A stretch of DNA of 63,677 nucleotides, filler included, from Asterionella formosa (taxonomy: Eukaryota): assembly GCA_002256025.1 (NCBI GenBank). It is 21 parts of 21 records of this genome, joined end to end, with 100 filler letters (N's around TTAATTAATTAA, not from the genome) between each part and the next. Parts side by side here need not be neighbours in the genome. Positions count along the whole stretch, not along the records: positions 47,585 to 49,283 come from NKIB01001454.1; positions 49,384 to 51,082 come from NKIB01001455.1; positions 51,183 to 52,881 come from NKIB01001456.1; positions 52,982 to 54,680 come from NKIB01001457.1; positions 54,781 to 56,479 come from NKIB01001458.1; positions 56,580 to 58,277 come from NKIB01001459.1; positions 58,378 to 60,081 come from NKIB01001460.1; 14 more parts are not named here. One strand, given 5' to 3'. Below, piece by piece: positions 47,485 to 60,181 of the stretch (within the stretch, counting starts at the first letter, position 1; every line of letters starts with the position of its first letter). A program made the translations under genes and the position numbers. A model generated the notes under the pieces. That model searched no databases. It was not told the DNA's origin and saw only the letters and a program-made list of their open reading frames with translations.

Positions 47485-47785
47485 NNNNNNNNNNNNNNNN
47501 NNNNNNNNNNNNNNNNNNNNNNNNNNNNTTAATTAATTAANNNNNNNNNNNNNNNNNNNNNNNNNNNNNNNNNNNNNNNNNNNNCAAATAATGGACCATT
47601 GGATAATCATTTCTTAGGAAATTGTAGTTTGTGAAAACCTCATAATAACCAATTTAGTATGCGAAACTATATTGTTACCATTATCATTTATATTATTCTT
47701 ATATATTTATCGACGTTCGCTTGTTAGTTTTTGGTCCCACCCGATTGATTTCCATAAATTATGTGGAGGCATGGCAACATAAAAA

Positions 47786-49283
47786 TTATCTTTCCGTATC
47801 TGTTCCAAAACTTCTTGCAGCCGGTTTCAGAGATTTCCTTGATTCCTGTGGTTTCAAAGCAGGAACAACAAATGCTGCCGAAAGTATGTTATGAAATTCA
47901 ACAACGCTCAATTCAGTTGTATCATTGCATAAGGTGTCTCCTCTTGCAAAAAACATACGTTTATGAATTTTCATTTCAGTTGAACTTTTCAAGGAACGAA
48001 TACACGCTAAGAGATAGGTTGTTGAGTTGGAGAAAATAACATTTCCCCAAAGAAGTAGTTTTGCAGGAACTGTGTAGGAACTTGATCCATCTCCCTTCTC
48101 CCAGTTCACTTCCACTTCGACCCAGTCAAACCATTCACGACCAGAGATTCCTGCCTTTGAATCATTATTCCATTTCGGATGGCATCTGAAAATAGTAGTT
48201 TGGCCGGGAATGGTACTTTCAATTTTAACATGATAATAAAAGTCAATCCTTACAATGGAAACAGGCCCAATCCCATCTTCAAGACTTTTGATTTTTGCTA
48301 TTTCTATTGCTGAATTCGCAATGCTCTTTATGTAGTTGGCCCCCTTCGGTAAATCAGGATGAACCAATTGAGACAAGGGTGCATCCTTACTCCGTGATAC
48401 ATGCCCAATTTTATTAGGGACACCTGCTATAGTCCATAGACCATTTGATGATGAAGCAGAAAATTGAACTTTAACAGGAAGGGCTGGTGAATGGATTTTG
48501 GTAGGCGATATTCCAAAATTTTCAGGCGACCTACTAGGCAACATCATTGTATCCGGAATCATTCCTTCGAAATCAATTTCTGTTGAAATACCCTCAGTTA
48601 CATTGATGGTATTTTCTCTACTCATCTTCTTTTGTTTGTTTTCTGTATGTAATGAATCACTTACAAAAACAATTTTTCGTGCCAATGCAAACTGCCTTGT
48701 TTCATACGACCTTGTTAAAATGTCATGCTTTAATCGATGTAATTGTCCATTGACACGCTTACTGGGTTGCTCGTTTCAATTTGTCTTTCAAAAAAGACTC
48801 CAAATATCCACCAAAGAAATTAAGAGGAGATCCGAACTTCCTAATCAGATGAGGGTAATGTTTCATTCCATGAAATTTTGCCATTCGTAAGCCAATTTGA
48901 GATATCATTTCCTGTTGGGGACCAATCATAATCTTAGTAGTAACTGACATAAATCTCTTAACCCTTTCCTCTAAAATATCAATACATGTTGATGTATATT
49001 GTGGTATGAATAAAGTATCATTGATAGATATTCATAGCCATAACAGCAATGTGAAATCCTTTTCTAGGTGCATGTTCTCTGAACCCATCATTCCACCCAT
49101 TGAAAGAATAGTTAACAGACATAGCTAATCCGGGAATTTCTTGCCCTGACATTTTTGACAAAGCTGTCATCCCAGATCTGTATGACAATTTTGGAATATC
49201 ACGATCGCTTTGCCTTTCCAAATGACTATTGATATATCTAGCACTTTGTTCGAAGTATTGTTTCGAAAATACATTTCTGGTGC
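47786..49283 (-). pseudogene. Plavaka-like transposase, C-terminal part, frameshifted
   Basis: RQSDRDIPK, KFHGMKHYPHLIRKFGSPLNFFGGYLESFLK, IFRCHPKW...EWFDWVEV...VPAKLL. Confidence 0.7.
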
Positions 49284-49383
49284 NNNNNNNNNNNNNNNNN
49301 NNNNNNNNNNNNNNNNNNNNNNNNNNNTTAATTAATTAANNNNNNNNNNNNNNNNNNNNNNNNNNNNNNNNNNNNNNNNNNNN

Positions 49384-51082
49384 GGATGGCATATTGAGTC
49401 ATACACTTCACGAAAAGCCAACCTTGTCGGGTTTGATGCAAAATCTTCCCGTAAAACTGGAATGCCCATTGTCAGTGCGGTAACAGTAGTGGAGACACAA
49501 GGGAATAAATACCTTCTCCGTGTACATGAAGCTGTGTATAATCAAGGCAGTCCTACCACCCTCCTCTCAGAGTTTCAGTTACGAGAACATGACTGCATTG
49601 TTGATTCTATTTCCACTAAGCACCCAACAAGCATACCAGGCAGGAAAGGAGGACAGTGTTTTCTTCCCCGTCCTCATGTCTACATCCCTTTTATCATTAA
49701 TGGAGGTCTTATGACATTCAGACACCGGTTACCAACAGAACAAGAATTAACATCATTGCCACCTATCGATATCACAGCAGACTTCCCTTGGGATCCTAAC
49801 TCACACTACAGTGACCAATGCTTATCATTGCTGCCATTACAGCAAGATATATCAGTCCAGGTACATAACATTGTACACATGAAAGACGATAAACTCTGCA
49901 CCTCACCATATGTACTCTTGGACTCTACCCTCGATACATACAAGAACCCTTTGGGCTTGGTATTAAACCCAAATCTTGCAGCTGAGAAACCTAACAAAAT
50001 GTGCCATGCTCTCCTTACTACTCGCATAGTCAATCCAAACATTGATGCCCTCAGACCATACCTAGGATTCCAATCAACTGAGGTCATTTCCCATACCTTG
50101 GCCAACACAACACAATTGGCTAAAGCTATATACCGGTATCCCCTTCGACGCCACATTAAATCCCGCTTTCCTCAAGCTAATCGACCACGCCTCAAAGAGA
50201 AGGTAGCAACTGATACATTCTTTGCCAACTGCCGCGACATTACTGGTGCTACTTGTGCACAGGGTTTTTATGGAATCACTTCCCACGTTATCAATGTATA
50301 TGGTATGCCTTCCGAAAACGGTGCCCCCGATGCGTACAACGATTTCCTGCGGCATGAAGGTTGCCCCACCATCTTACGTCGAGATAATTCACGTGTCCAA
50401 TCTGGCTTACGGTTCCAACAACTCAACCGTTTGTATCTGATTGGGGATGAATATACGGAGCCATACCATCCACAGCAGAACATGGCTGAGTTACGGGCAG
50501 TTAAATGGTTGAAGCAACACACCCAATTGCTACTTGATCGAACAGGAGCACCTCCTATGCTTTGGTTGCTAGCATCACAGTACCTTGCTGCTTTACACAA
50601 CCATAGTGCTGATGAGACCCTCAATTGGGCGATTCCCCTCACACTACGTCATGGAGACACCCCTGATATCTCAAAATTCTTACACTTCCAGTTTTATGAG
50701 AAAGTGTATTACTTAGACTACCAAGAGGTATATCCAGATACTAAAGAAAAGCCTGGGTACTGGGTTGGAATTACAGACAATGTGGGGGACATCCTGACCT
50801 ACAAAATCCTCACTGACCATACACAACAAGTGCTACACCGCAGTGTTGTCCGACCATGTGACCCGGCCCACCCCAATCACCGCATACAGTTTAATCCCAT
50901 GAACAATCCTGCGGTAGCCAACACAACTCCTCTTGCCCCCTTACCTGCTTTACATTTCTACTCCACTCCCACCCGTGTCGAACCCACCATTTCCCGCCAG
51001 CGCAAAAGGACACCTGGTGTTACAATACCGACTTCGAGGGGAGCAATAACGTGTGAGAGTCCAATACGCACAGCACAAGAGA
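49384..51082 (+). mobile_element. Copia (CoDi-like) pol fragment with integrase, copy 1
   Basis: Open across the whole contig; VATDTFF, RRDNS, EPYHPQQNMAE, GDTPDIS, WVGITDNVGD. Confidence 0.9.
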
Positions 51083-51182
51083 NNNNNNNNNNNNNNNNNN
51101 NNNNNNNNNNNNNNNNNNNNNNNNNNTTAATTAATTAANNNNNNNNNNNNNNNNNNNNNNNNNNNNNNNNNNNNNNNNNNNN

Positions 51183-52881
51183 TCATACCGGTCAACTTCT
51201 CGTATTCGCGTAGAAGTTGCATACGAAATTTCTGCATTTGCACCTCCCAGTATTCACCATACTTGTCCTCTTTCCAAGCATATTCCACTCCTAGGTGTTT
51301 CTGTAGAATACCCTGCTCGGTAATATTGAAATCTTCCTTGATAACATTTTTCATATACCGGTACTCCACTGCACTTGGAGTCCCACATACAATACCGTCA
51401 TCCACGTAATTAACAAGTAGACCATCAATTTGTCCATCCTTGTTCCGGTGCATAAATAACATAGGGTCGATCTTGCTCTTCGTCATACCTGGTTTATTGG
51501 TGACACATTTCGCAAACGTCCTGGACCAGCATCGTGGAGCTTGTACTATCCCGTACATAGCCTTCACAAGCTTGCAAACATGTGTATCGGAATCGACTCC
51601 GATCAAACCTTGAGGGGGCTCAATATAAATGTCCTCATCGACGTCAGCATTTAGAAATGCTGCTTCCACATCAATAGCCTCCGCTCGCCAACCGTTGTAC
51701 ATCGTCACTGCGAGTACCGTTTTGATTGTCGCATCGCTTGCAACTGGAGCAAATGTCTCAGTAAAATCGACACCTGGGATTTGCTCATATCCCTTCACGA
51801 CCAATCTTGCCTTGTAAATGGTCTTCCCGGTTAACACATCTTCTTTAATTCGAAACACCCATCTCGTTTTTAGTGTTCGCTTCTTAACAGTATCACGTTT
51901 GATAACTTTCCACACTCCTCTCGACTGGAAGTTTTCATATTCTTTGTTGATCGCCTTGATCCACTCTTTCTTGTCTGGTCTTGCCATTGCTTCATCGTAG
52001 CTTGTTGGTAATCCTGGATCAGAAGCCAGACTTGCGTTGTACACAAAATTCACCTGTGTATTCTTCGTAATTTCCTTCATGTTATCCTCCTCGATAACAC
52101 CAGGCATCTCAGTATCTCCTGAAAATTTCACAATTTTCGTACTCGTAGGATTGAACGATGAGTCCAATCTTCGCATTTCACGTGCCAACTTCGCTTGCTT
52201 AGACTGAGCACTTTCCGCACGTTTAGCCTTCACAATTGGGGTATTGGTACCTGTAACCTCGTATTTCGTAGTACCATCTATCTTAGTTGATTGTTCAGTT
52301 TTCCTCCCCAATTCTTGCTTGTCATCATCTTCATCTTCATTATCGGACACTTCTCGAGGTTCGAACTCGTCGTAAAAATCGTCATGTAACTCTTCATTAT
52401 CTTCTCGTACTGATATCTCCGTATCCTGTTGGTTGGTGACTGGCTTGAACATTTTCTCTAGTTGTTTGGAGTTCTCACCTGCGTCATCACATCGGACAAA
52501 TTTAGTCGTATGTCCTGCACCTGCAAGTTTTGTGAGTAACGCTCCAATGACAGTTCCGATGTCACTTTTCTTCTTAATAAAAAAACTCCAGCATTTCCTT
52601 GTATACCGGTAATCGTCCACGGCCATCACCCAATACTGATTTCCCACAGCGGATTTTGCGTAGGGTCCGCTAATATCAATAAACAGTCTTTCTCCTGGTG
52701 TCGTAGCCTTCTCTTGCGTCATCTTGGGTACTGCGCGTGCTTTCGCCTTGGCTGCTGCGCATCCTGCGCACACCTGTAAATTTCCAATAAGTTTCCACCC
52801 AAATAATTTCGATGTCTCACGAAGACATTTTTCCCCCACATGTCCAAGCATTTCATGCGCTTCATTTATTTCCACAATCAC
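51183..52881 (-). mobile_element. Copia pol fragment: GAG-pre-integrase, internally deleted integrase, RT
   Basis: HEMLGH..CAGC, FIDISGP, VRCDDAGE, KARLVVKGYEQIPGVDFTETFAP, DVEAAFL, MYGIVQAPR, YVDD. Confidence 0.92.
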
Positions 52882-52981
52882 NNNNNNNNNNNNNNNNNNN
52901 NNNNNNNNNNNNNNNNNNNNNNNNNTTAATTAATTAANNNNNNNNNNNNNNNNNNNNNNNNNNNNNNNNNNNNNNNNNNNN

Positions 52982-54680
52982 TCTCTTGTGCTGTGCGTAT
53001 TGGACTCTCACACGTTATTGCTCCCCTCGAAGTCGGTATTGTAACACCAGGTGTCCTTTTGCGCTGGCGGGAAATGGTGGGTTCGACACGGGTGGGAGTG
53101 GAGTAGAACTGTAAAGCAGGTAAGGGGGCAAGAGGAGTTGTGTTGGCTACCGCAGGATTGTTCATGGGATTAAACTGTATGCGGTGATTGGGGTGGGCCG
53201 GGTCACATGGTCGGACAACACTGCGGTGTAGCACTTGTTGTGTATGGTCAGTGAGGATTTTGTAGGCCAGGATGTCCCCCACATTGTCTGCAATTCCAAC
53301 CCAGTACACAGGCTTTTCTTTAGTATCTGGATATACCTCTTGGTAGTCTAAGTAATACACTTTCTCATAAAACTGGAAGTGTAAGAATTTTGAGATATCA
53401 GGGGTGTCTCCATGACGTAGTGTGAGGGGAATCGCCCAATTGAGGGTCTCATCAGCACTATGGTTGTGTAAAGCAGCAAGGTACTGTGATGCTAGCAACC
53501 AAAGCATAGGAGGTGTTCCTGTTCGATCAAGTAGCAATTGGGTGTGTTGCTTCAACCATTTAACTGCCCGTAACTCAGCCATGTTCTGCTGTGGATGGTA
53601 TGGCTCCGTATATTCATCCCCAATCAGATACAAACGGTTGAGTTGTTGGAACCGTAAGCCAGATTGGACACGTGAATTCTCTCGACGTAAGATGGTGGGG
53701 CAACCTTCATGCCGCAGGAAATCGTTGTACGCATCGGGGGCACCGTTTTCGGAAGGCATACCATATACATTGATAACGTGGGAAGTGATTCCATAAAAAA
53801 CCTGTGCACAAGTAGCACCAGTAATGTCGCGGCAGTTGGCAAAGAATGTATCAGTTGCTACCTTCTCTTTGAGGCGTGGTCGATTAGCTTGAGGAAAGCG
53901 GGATTTAATGTGGCGTCGAAGGGGATACCGGTATATAGCTTTAGCCAATTGTGTTGTGTTGGCCAAGGTATGGGAAATGACCTCAGTTGATTGGAATCCT
54001 AGGTATGGTCTGAGGGCATCAATGTTTGGATTGACTATGCGAGTAGTAAGGAGAGCATGGCACATTTTGTTAGGTTTCTCAGCTGCAAGATTTGGGTTTA
54101 ATACCAAGCCCAAAGGGTTCTTGTATGTATCGAGGGTAGAGTCCAAGAGTACATATGGTGAGGTGCAGAGTTTATCGTCTTTCATGTGTACAATGTTATG
54201 TACCTGGACTGATATATCTTGCTGTAATGGCAGCAATGATAAGCATTGGTCACTGTAGTGTGAGTTAGGATCCCAAGGGAAGTCTGCTGTGATATCGATA
54301 GGTGGCAATGATGTTAATTCTTGTTCTGTTGGTAACCGGTGTCTGAATGTCATAAGACCTCCATTAATGATAAAAGGGATGTAGACATGAGGACGGGGAA
54401 GAAAACACTGTCCTCCTTTCCTGCCTGGTATGCTTGTTGGGTGCTTAGTGGAAATAGAATCAACAATGCAGTCATGTTCTCGTAACTGAAACTCTGAGAG
54501 GAGGGTGGTAGGACTGCCTTGATTATACACAGCTTCATGTACACGGAGAAGGTATTTATTCCCTTGTGTCTCCACTACTGTTACCGCACTGACAATGGGC
54601 ATTCCAGTTTTACGGGAAGATTTTGCATCAAACCCGACAAGGTTGGCTTTTCGTGAAGTGTATGACTCAATATGCCATCC
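52982..54680 (-). mobile_element. Copia integrase fragment, copy 2 (near-identical to copy 1)
   Basis: Same 1699-bp boundaries with a few SNPs, including RRDNS->RRENS at a probable catalytic Asp. Confidence 0.9.
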
Positions 54681-54780
54681 NNNNNNNNNNNNNNNNNNNN
54701 NNNNNNNNNNNNNNNNNNNNNNNNTTAATTAATTAANNNNNNNNNNNNNNNNNNNNNNNNNNNNNNNNNNNNNNNNNNNN

Positions 54781-56479
54781 TCTCTTGTGCTGTGCGTATT
54801 GGACTCTCACACGTTATTGCTCCCCTCGAAGTCGGTATTGTAACACCAGGTGTCCTTTTGCGCTGGCGGGAAATGGTGGGTTCGACACGGGTGGGAGTGG
54901 AGTAGAACTGCAAAGCAGGTAAGGGGGCAAGAGGAGTTGTGTTGGCTACCGCAGGATTGTTCATGGGATTAAACTGTATGCGGTGATTGGGGTGGGCCGG
55001 GTCACATGGTCGGACAACACTGCGGTGTAGCACTTGTTGTGTATGGTCAGTGAGGATTTTGTAGGTCAGGATGTCCCCCACATTGTCTGTAATTCCAACC
55101 CAGTACCCAGGCTTTTCTTTAGTATCTGGATATACCTCTTGGTAGTCTAGGTAATACACTTTCTCATAAAACTGGAAGTGTAAGAATTTTGAGATATCAG
55201 GGGTGTCTCCATGACGTAGTGTGAGGGGAATCGCCCAATTGAGGGTCTCATCAGCACTATGGTTGTGTAAAGCAGCAAGGTACTGTGATGCTAGCAACCA
55301 AAGCATAGGAGGTGCTCCTGTTCGATCAAGTAGCAATTGGGTGTGTTGCTTCAACCATTTAACTGCCCGTAACTCAGCCATGTTCTGCTGTGGATGGTAT
55401 GGCTCCGTATATTCATCCCCAATCAGATACAAACGGTTGAGTTGTTGGAACCGTAAGCCAGATTGGACACGTGAATTATCTCGACGTAAGATGGTGGGGC
55501 AACCTTCATGCCGCAGGAAATCGTTGTACGCATCGGGGGCACCGTTTTCGGAAGGCATACCATATACATTGATAACGTGGGAAGTGATTCCATAAAAAAC
55601 CTGTGCACAAGTAGCACCAGTAATGTCGCGGCAGTTGGCAAAGAATGTATCAGTTGCTACCTTCTCTTTGAGGCGTGGTCGATTAGCTTGAGGAAAGCGG
55701 GATTTAATGTGGCGTCGAAGGGGATACCGGTATATAGCTTTAGCCAATTGTGTTGTGTTGGCCAAGGTATGGGAAATGACCTCAGTTGATTGGAATCCTA
55801 GGTATGGTCTGAGGGCATCAATGTTTGGATTGACTATGCGAGTAGTAAGGAGAGCATGGCACATTTTGTTAGGTTTCTCAGCTGCAAGATTTGGGTTTAA
55901 TACCAAGCCCAAAGGGTTCTTGTATGTATCGAGGGTAGAGTCCAAGAGTACATATGGTGAGGTGCAGAGTTTATCGTCTTTCATGTGTACAATGTTATGT
56001 ACCTGGACTGATATATCTTGCTGTAATGGCAGCAATGATAAGCATTGGTCACTGTAGTGTGAGTTAGGATCCCAAGGGAAGTCTGCTGTGATATCGATAG
56101 GTGGCAATGATGTTAATTCTTGTTCTGTTGGTAACCGGTGTCTGAATGTCATAAGACCTCCATTAATGATAAAAGGGATGTAGACATGAGGACGGGGAAG
56201 AAAACACTGTCCTCCTTTCCTGCCTGGTATGCTTGTTGGGTGCTTAGTGGAAATAGAATCAACAATGCAGTCATGTTCTCGTAACTGAAACTCTGAGAGG
56301 AGGGTGGTAGGACTGCCTTGATTATACACAGCTTCATGTACACGGAGAAGGTATTTATTCCCTTGTGTCTCCACTACTGTTACCGCACTGACAATGGGCA
56401 TTCCAGTTTTACGGGAAGATTTTGCATCAAACCCGACAAGGTTGGCTTTTCGTGAAGTGTATGACTCAATATGCCATCC
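54781..56479 (-). mobile_element. Copia integrase fragment, copy 3
   Basis: Same 1699-bp boundaries with a few SNPs. Confidence 0.9.
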
Positions 56480-56677
56480 NNNNNNNNNNNNNNNNNNNNN
56501 NNNNNNNNNNNNNNNNNNNNNNNTTAATTAATTAANNNNNNNNNNNNNNNNNNNNNNNNNNNNNNNNNNNNNNNNNNNNACCGTCCCCCTTCCTTGGCAG
56601 TGCTTATTAATTATGTACTCCGCATAGCACAAACCGTCTTTTAATTAATGTTAACTATGAAATACAGTTACCTGTGA

Positions 56678-56764
56678 AAGTTGCGGTAATTTTGCTGAAA
56701 CCAAAGATTTAGCTGTTTTTATCTCAGATTAAAATGTTAGTTTAAGCAAAATGACCGTAACTTG
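56678..56764. mobile_element. CAAGTTGCGGT MITE copy in reverse orientation
   Basis: Reverse-complement match to 33397-33484; flanks tacctg(tg)...ctggtacc. Confidence 0.8.
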
Positions 56765-57264
56765 CTGGTACCTGGCACCAGTGGGGTAGGAACCCTTGTA
56801 CTCCGCAACTGGTAGGAGTACCAGGTACTCCTACTGTACATGGGAGGGAGTTGTACCAGGTACTAGGTACCAGGTACCAGTTCCGATCAGGCGTTGGTTG
56901 TTGGCTTCGCTCGTACCGCCGGTATAGGAAATACTCCTACATACCAGATAATAAATAAGTACGCACGGAACTAACATCAACCATCCATACTCATGATGGG
57001 GGAAGCGGACCCACAGCTGCAGGCGCATGAAGCATTATATTGTTGGTGGTGCGTGGTAAACCACCTTCAGGCGAGCGAAGCCAGCAGCGACAAAAATACA
57101 TCATCACCCGCGGCCCTTGCTTCGGTTTAGCTCTATAACAGGAAGCAACAGATTCCCCACACCATCCACCGCCCCGCCATCTCCATTTCTTGACACTAAC
57201 ATTATTCTTTAGATCTTGTTGTTGTTATTGTGAAATCCCGCGTATATACTCCACCTACAAGACT

Positions 57265-58277
57265 ATGATTGCTTTGGTGTTCTCCACTGCACTCTTTGCT
57301 ACTCAGGTAGCAACCATTAGCGGGGCATTTTCTGCCACAGTACTCCCACACTTCGTCTCAACAGTCACTCATCGAGCAACGGTTCGATTGAGTGTTGGTG
57401 GTTCTGGATGGGACAATGATTCCTTCCTATCATCTCTTTCCCCGGACGACACAAAAGAAGGTGATTTTAAAAATATCAAACGACCTGATGATGAAGGATC
57501 CATGGGAGGATCTCGTTTTGCAGACATGATGGCCAAAGCCAAAAACAGCAATCCTCGTCCTTCTGTGGATCCATACTATAATGTTGCATCGCCGTCGTCC
57601 TCGTCGTTTCGTCCACCAATTGTTCCCAAAAACTCACCTTCTACGTCGTTTGTTGCCGGTGGGGTAGATTTGAGTAAACTAACGACAGAGGAACAAGCTG
57701 CCTTGTTTCGGCAATTCATGGCCAATACTGCACCATCATCATCATCATCATTACCCACAAGAAGCAATACAGACTATTATCCGGAAGAAAGACCTAAGGT
57801 ATTACCTGGTGGGTTAGCACCTGATGGACGTAAGGTTGGACGGAATCGTGATGCTGATACGATTGCCAATACAGGAGATTTGTATTTAGCACAACTCAAA
57901 CGAGATTCTACCGTCCGTACTAGAGCTAGGTATGAAGGAGATTTGGACAAAGCGGAAGCTGTCTTTGAAGACGCTACCGTGAAGGAAATTGCAAGTACCC
58001 TTACAACGAATCCATATCTTGAAAAGTAAGTTCATTTCTGGCTATTTATGCGGTATGCCGTCTGTTTGTATTTTATATGTTTGTCTCAAAATTAGCTCTT
58101 TTTTACAGAGAAGATACGGCAGAAGAATTGGCGTTGATGGGGACGGTGGCAGAAGAATTGGCCATTATTCGAAGTACGATGCAAAATGTTCAACCTGTAG
58201 ATGTTACAAGTGCTGGTATTAAGTACAAGGACAAGCTAAAGATGAAACGAAATGCAAAGAAAGAAGCACCATTAGGA
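57265..58277 (+). CDS. Predicted plastid-targeted hypothetical protein (exons 57265-58025 and 58109-end; intron 58026-58108), truncated
   Basis: Signal peptide MIALVFSTALF...ISGA|FS. The GTAAGT...TTTTACAG intron keeps the frame (YLEK/EDTAEELAL). Confidence 0.75.
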
Positions 58278-58377
58278 NNNNNNNNNNNNNNNNNNNNNNN
58301 NNNNNNNNNNNNNNNNNNNNNTTAATTAATTAANNNNNNNNNNNNNNNNNNNNNNNNNNNNNNNNNNNNNNNNNNNN

Positions 58378-60081
58378 GTGCTCAAATCTTTGCAAATGAA
58401 GCGTATTTCGTAAAAGCGTACCCGATGGAGAAGAAGTCTGGCGCGGGTTTGGCGCTCCGACAATTCATTCGTGATTACGGAGCACCTGAGTACCTCACGT
58501 CTGACGGGGCGTCCAAACAGACTGGACCGAAAACGGAATTCATTAAGAACGTAAGGAAGTATGGGATTGAACATCACGTGAGCGAAACTAAACAGCATCG
58601 ACAGAATCGAGCGGAGTCAGTCATTCGTGAAGTGAAAAAGCGATGGTTTCGACAAATGATGAAGCGTCGGGTTCCGAAGCGTTTGTGGGATTACGGAATC
58701 GTGTGGGTGTGTGAAACAATGTCTCTCACTGCTAACTCATCATTTGCGCTGGAAGGTCGGACTCCTATAGAACAAATCACAGGCGAGACACCCGACATAT
58801 CCGAATACTTGGATTTCGGGTTCTACGATTGGGTGTGGTACAAGGATAATGCAGGGGTTGGCAAAAACATGTTCGGGCGCTGGCTTGGTGTGTCTCACCA
58901 AGTCGGTAACCTAATGTCGTATTGGATTCTAACCATTGCTTGTCGCGTTATCTCACGCACTACCGTGCAGCGTTTTTTTATCACTCACCTTGAACTGACA
59001 ACTAGCGAGGTCAACGACAGATGCAAGGAGTACAATGAGAGGATAAAGGAAATAATGCGTGACGACAACCACCAAAATGCAGGCGACGAGGAGGAGCGAC
59101 AATTGCAGGATTGGGATGAATACTCGGATCTGCAGGACGACTCAGTATTTGGCGAAGAGATAAACAATGTTGTGAGCGATCACCAAATACCAGATGCCGA
59201 TGACACTTTCACGCCCGATATTTTCGAGGATATATACCTCAACAAAGAGATAGCGATAGCGAGGGGCGCTGGAGAGGACAACGACGGTGGTCAGTTTGGC
59301 AGAGTCACCAAGAGATTGCGCGACGCCGATGGTAGACCTATCGGCAAGGCTCACGAAAATCCTTTGCTTGACACCAGAGAGTATGAGGTCGAGTTCTTTG
59401 ACGGACACTCAGAGGCATTGTCTTCTAACCTTATTGCTCAGAATTTGTTTTCACAGATAGACGAGGAGGGCGAACGACACGTACTTCTCGACGACATTAT
59501 CGACCATAGGCGGAATGCGACGGCACTCGACAAAGAGGACGCGTTCATCACAATGTCTAACGGTGTCAAGCGGCGGAGACAGACGACTCAAGGGTGGCAA
59601 CTCCTGTGCCAATGGAGGGACGGGAGTACCACTTGGGTCGCACTTAAGGATATGAAGCAATCGTACCCCATACAGGTGGTGGAGTACTCAATTGCTAATC
59701 GTATTGATGACGAGGCAGCGTTCGCGTGGTGGGTGCCGACTCTTCTAAAGAAACGGGACCGAGTCCTAGCAAAGGTAAAGTCTAAGTATTGGCAGCGAAC
59801 TCACAAATACGGTATACGGATACCGAAGTCCGTCGAAGAGGCGTTAGCGATTGATAAAGCCAATGGCAACACATTATGGTGGGACGCCATCTGCAAGGAA
59901 ATGAAAAACGTGCGACCGGCATTTGAAAAGTGGGAAAAGCGAGAGGGAGACCTTCCGCCAGGGTACCAAAAGATAAGGTGTCATTTCGTGTTCGACATCA
60001 AAATGGGCGAAAACTTTCGGCGTAAGGCGAGACTAGTTGCTGACGGCAGCCGGACGGAAACGCCCGCAGCCCTGACGTATT
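58378..60081 (+). mobile_element. Copia (CoDi-like) pol fragment: integrase core, chromo-like segment, RT start
   Basis: LTSDGA, QNRAESVIRE, GETPDISEYLDF, GWQLLCQWRDGSTTW, HKYGIRIP, VFDIKMG..RKARLVA. Confidence 0.92.
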
Positions 60082-60181
60082 NNNNNNNNNNNNNNNNNNN
60101 NNNNNNNNNNNNNNNNNNNNNNNNNTTAATTAATTAANNNNNNNNNNNNNNNNNNNNNNNNNNNNNNNNNNNNNNNNNNNN

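Noticed and set aside
50131..50140. TACCGGTA (IYRYP) in the triplicated copia ORF as another footprint
   Set aside because: Present in all three copies and I cannot show extra residues relative to homologs; it may be native sequence.
51083..54680. Large inverted repeat flanking the 51183-52881 copia fragment
   Set aside because: The inverted copies are separate contigs juxtaposed by concatenation.
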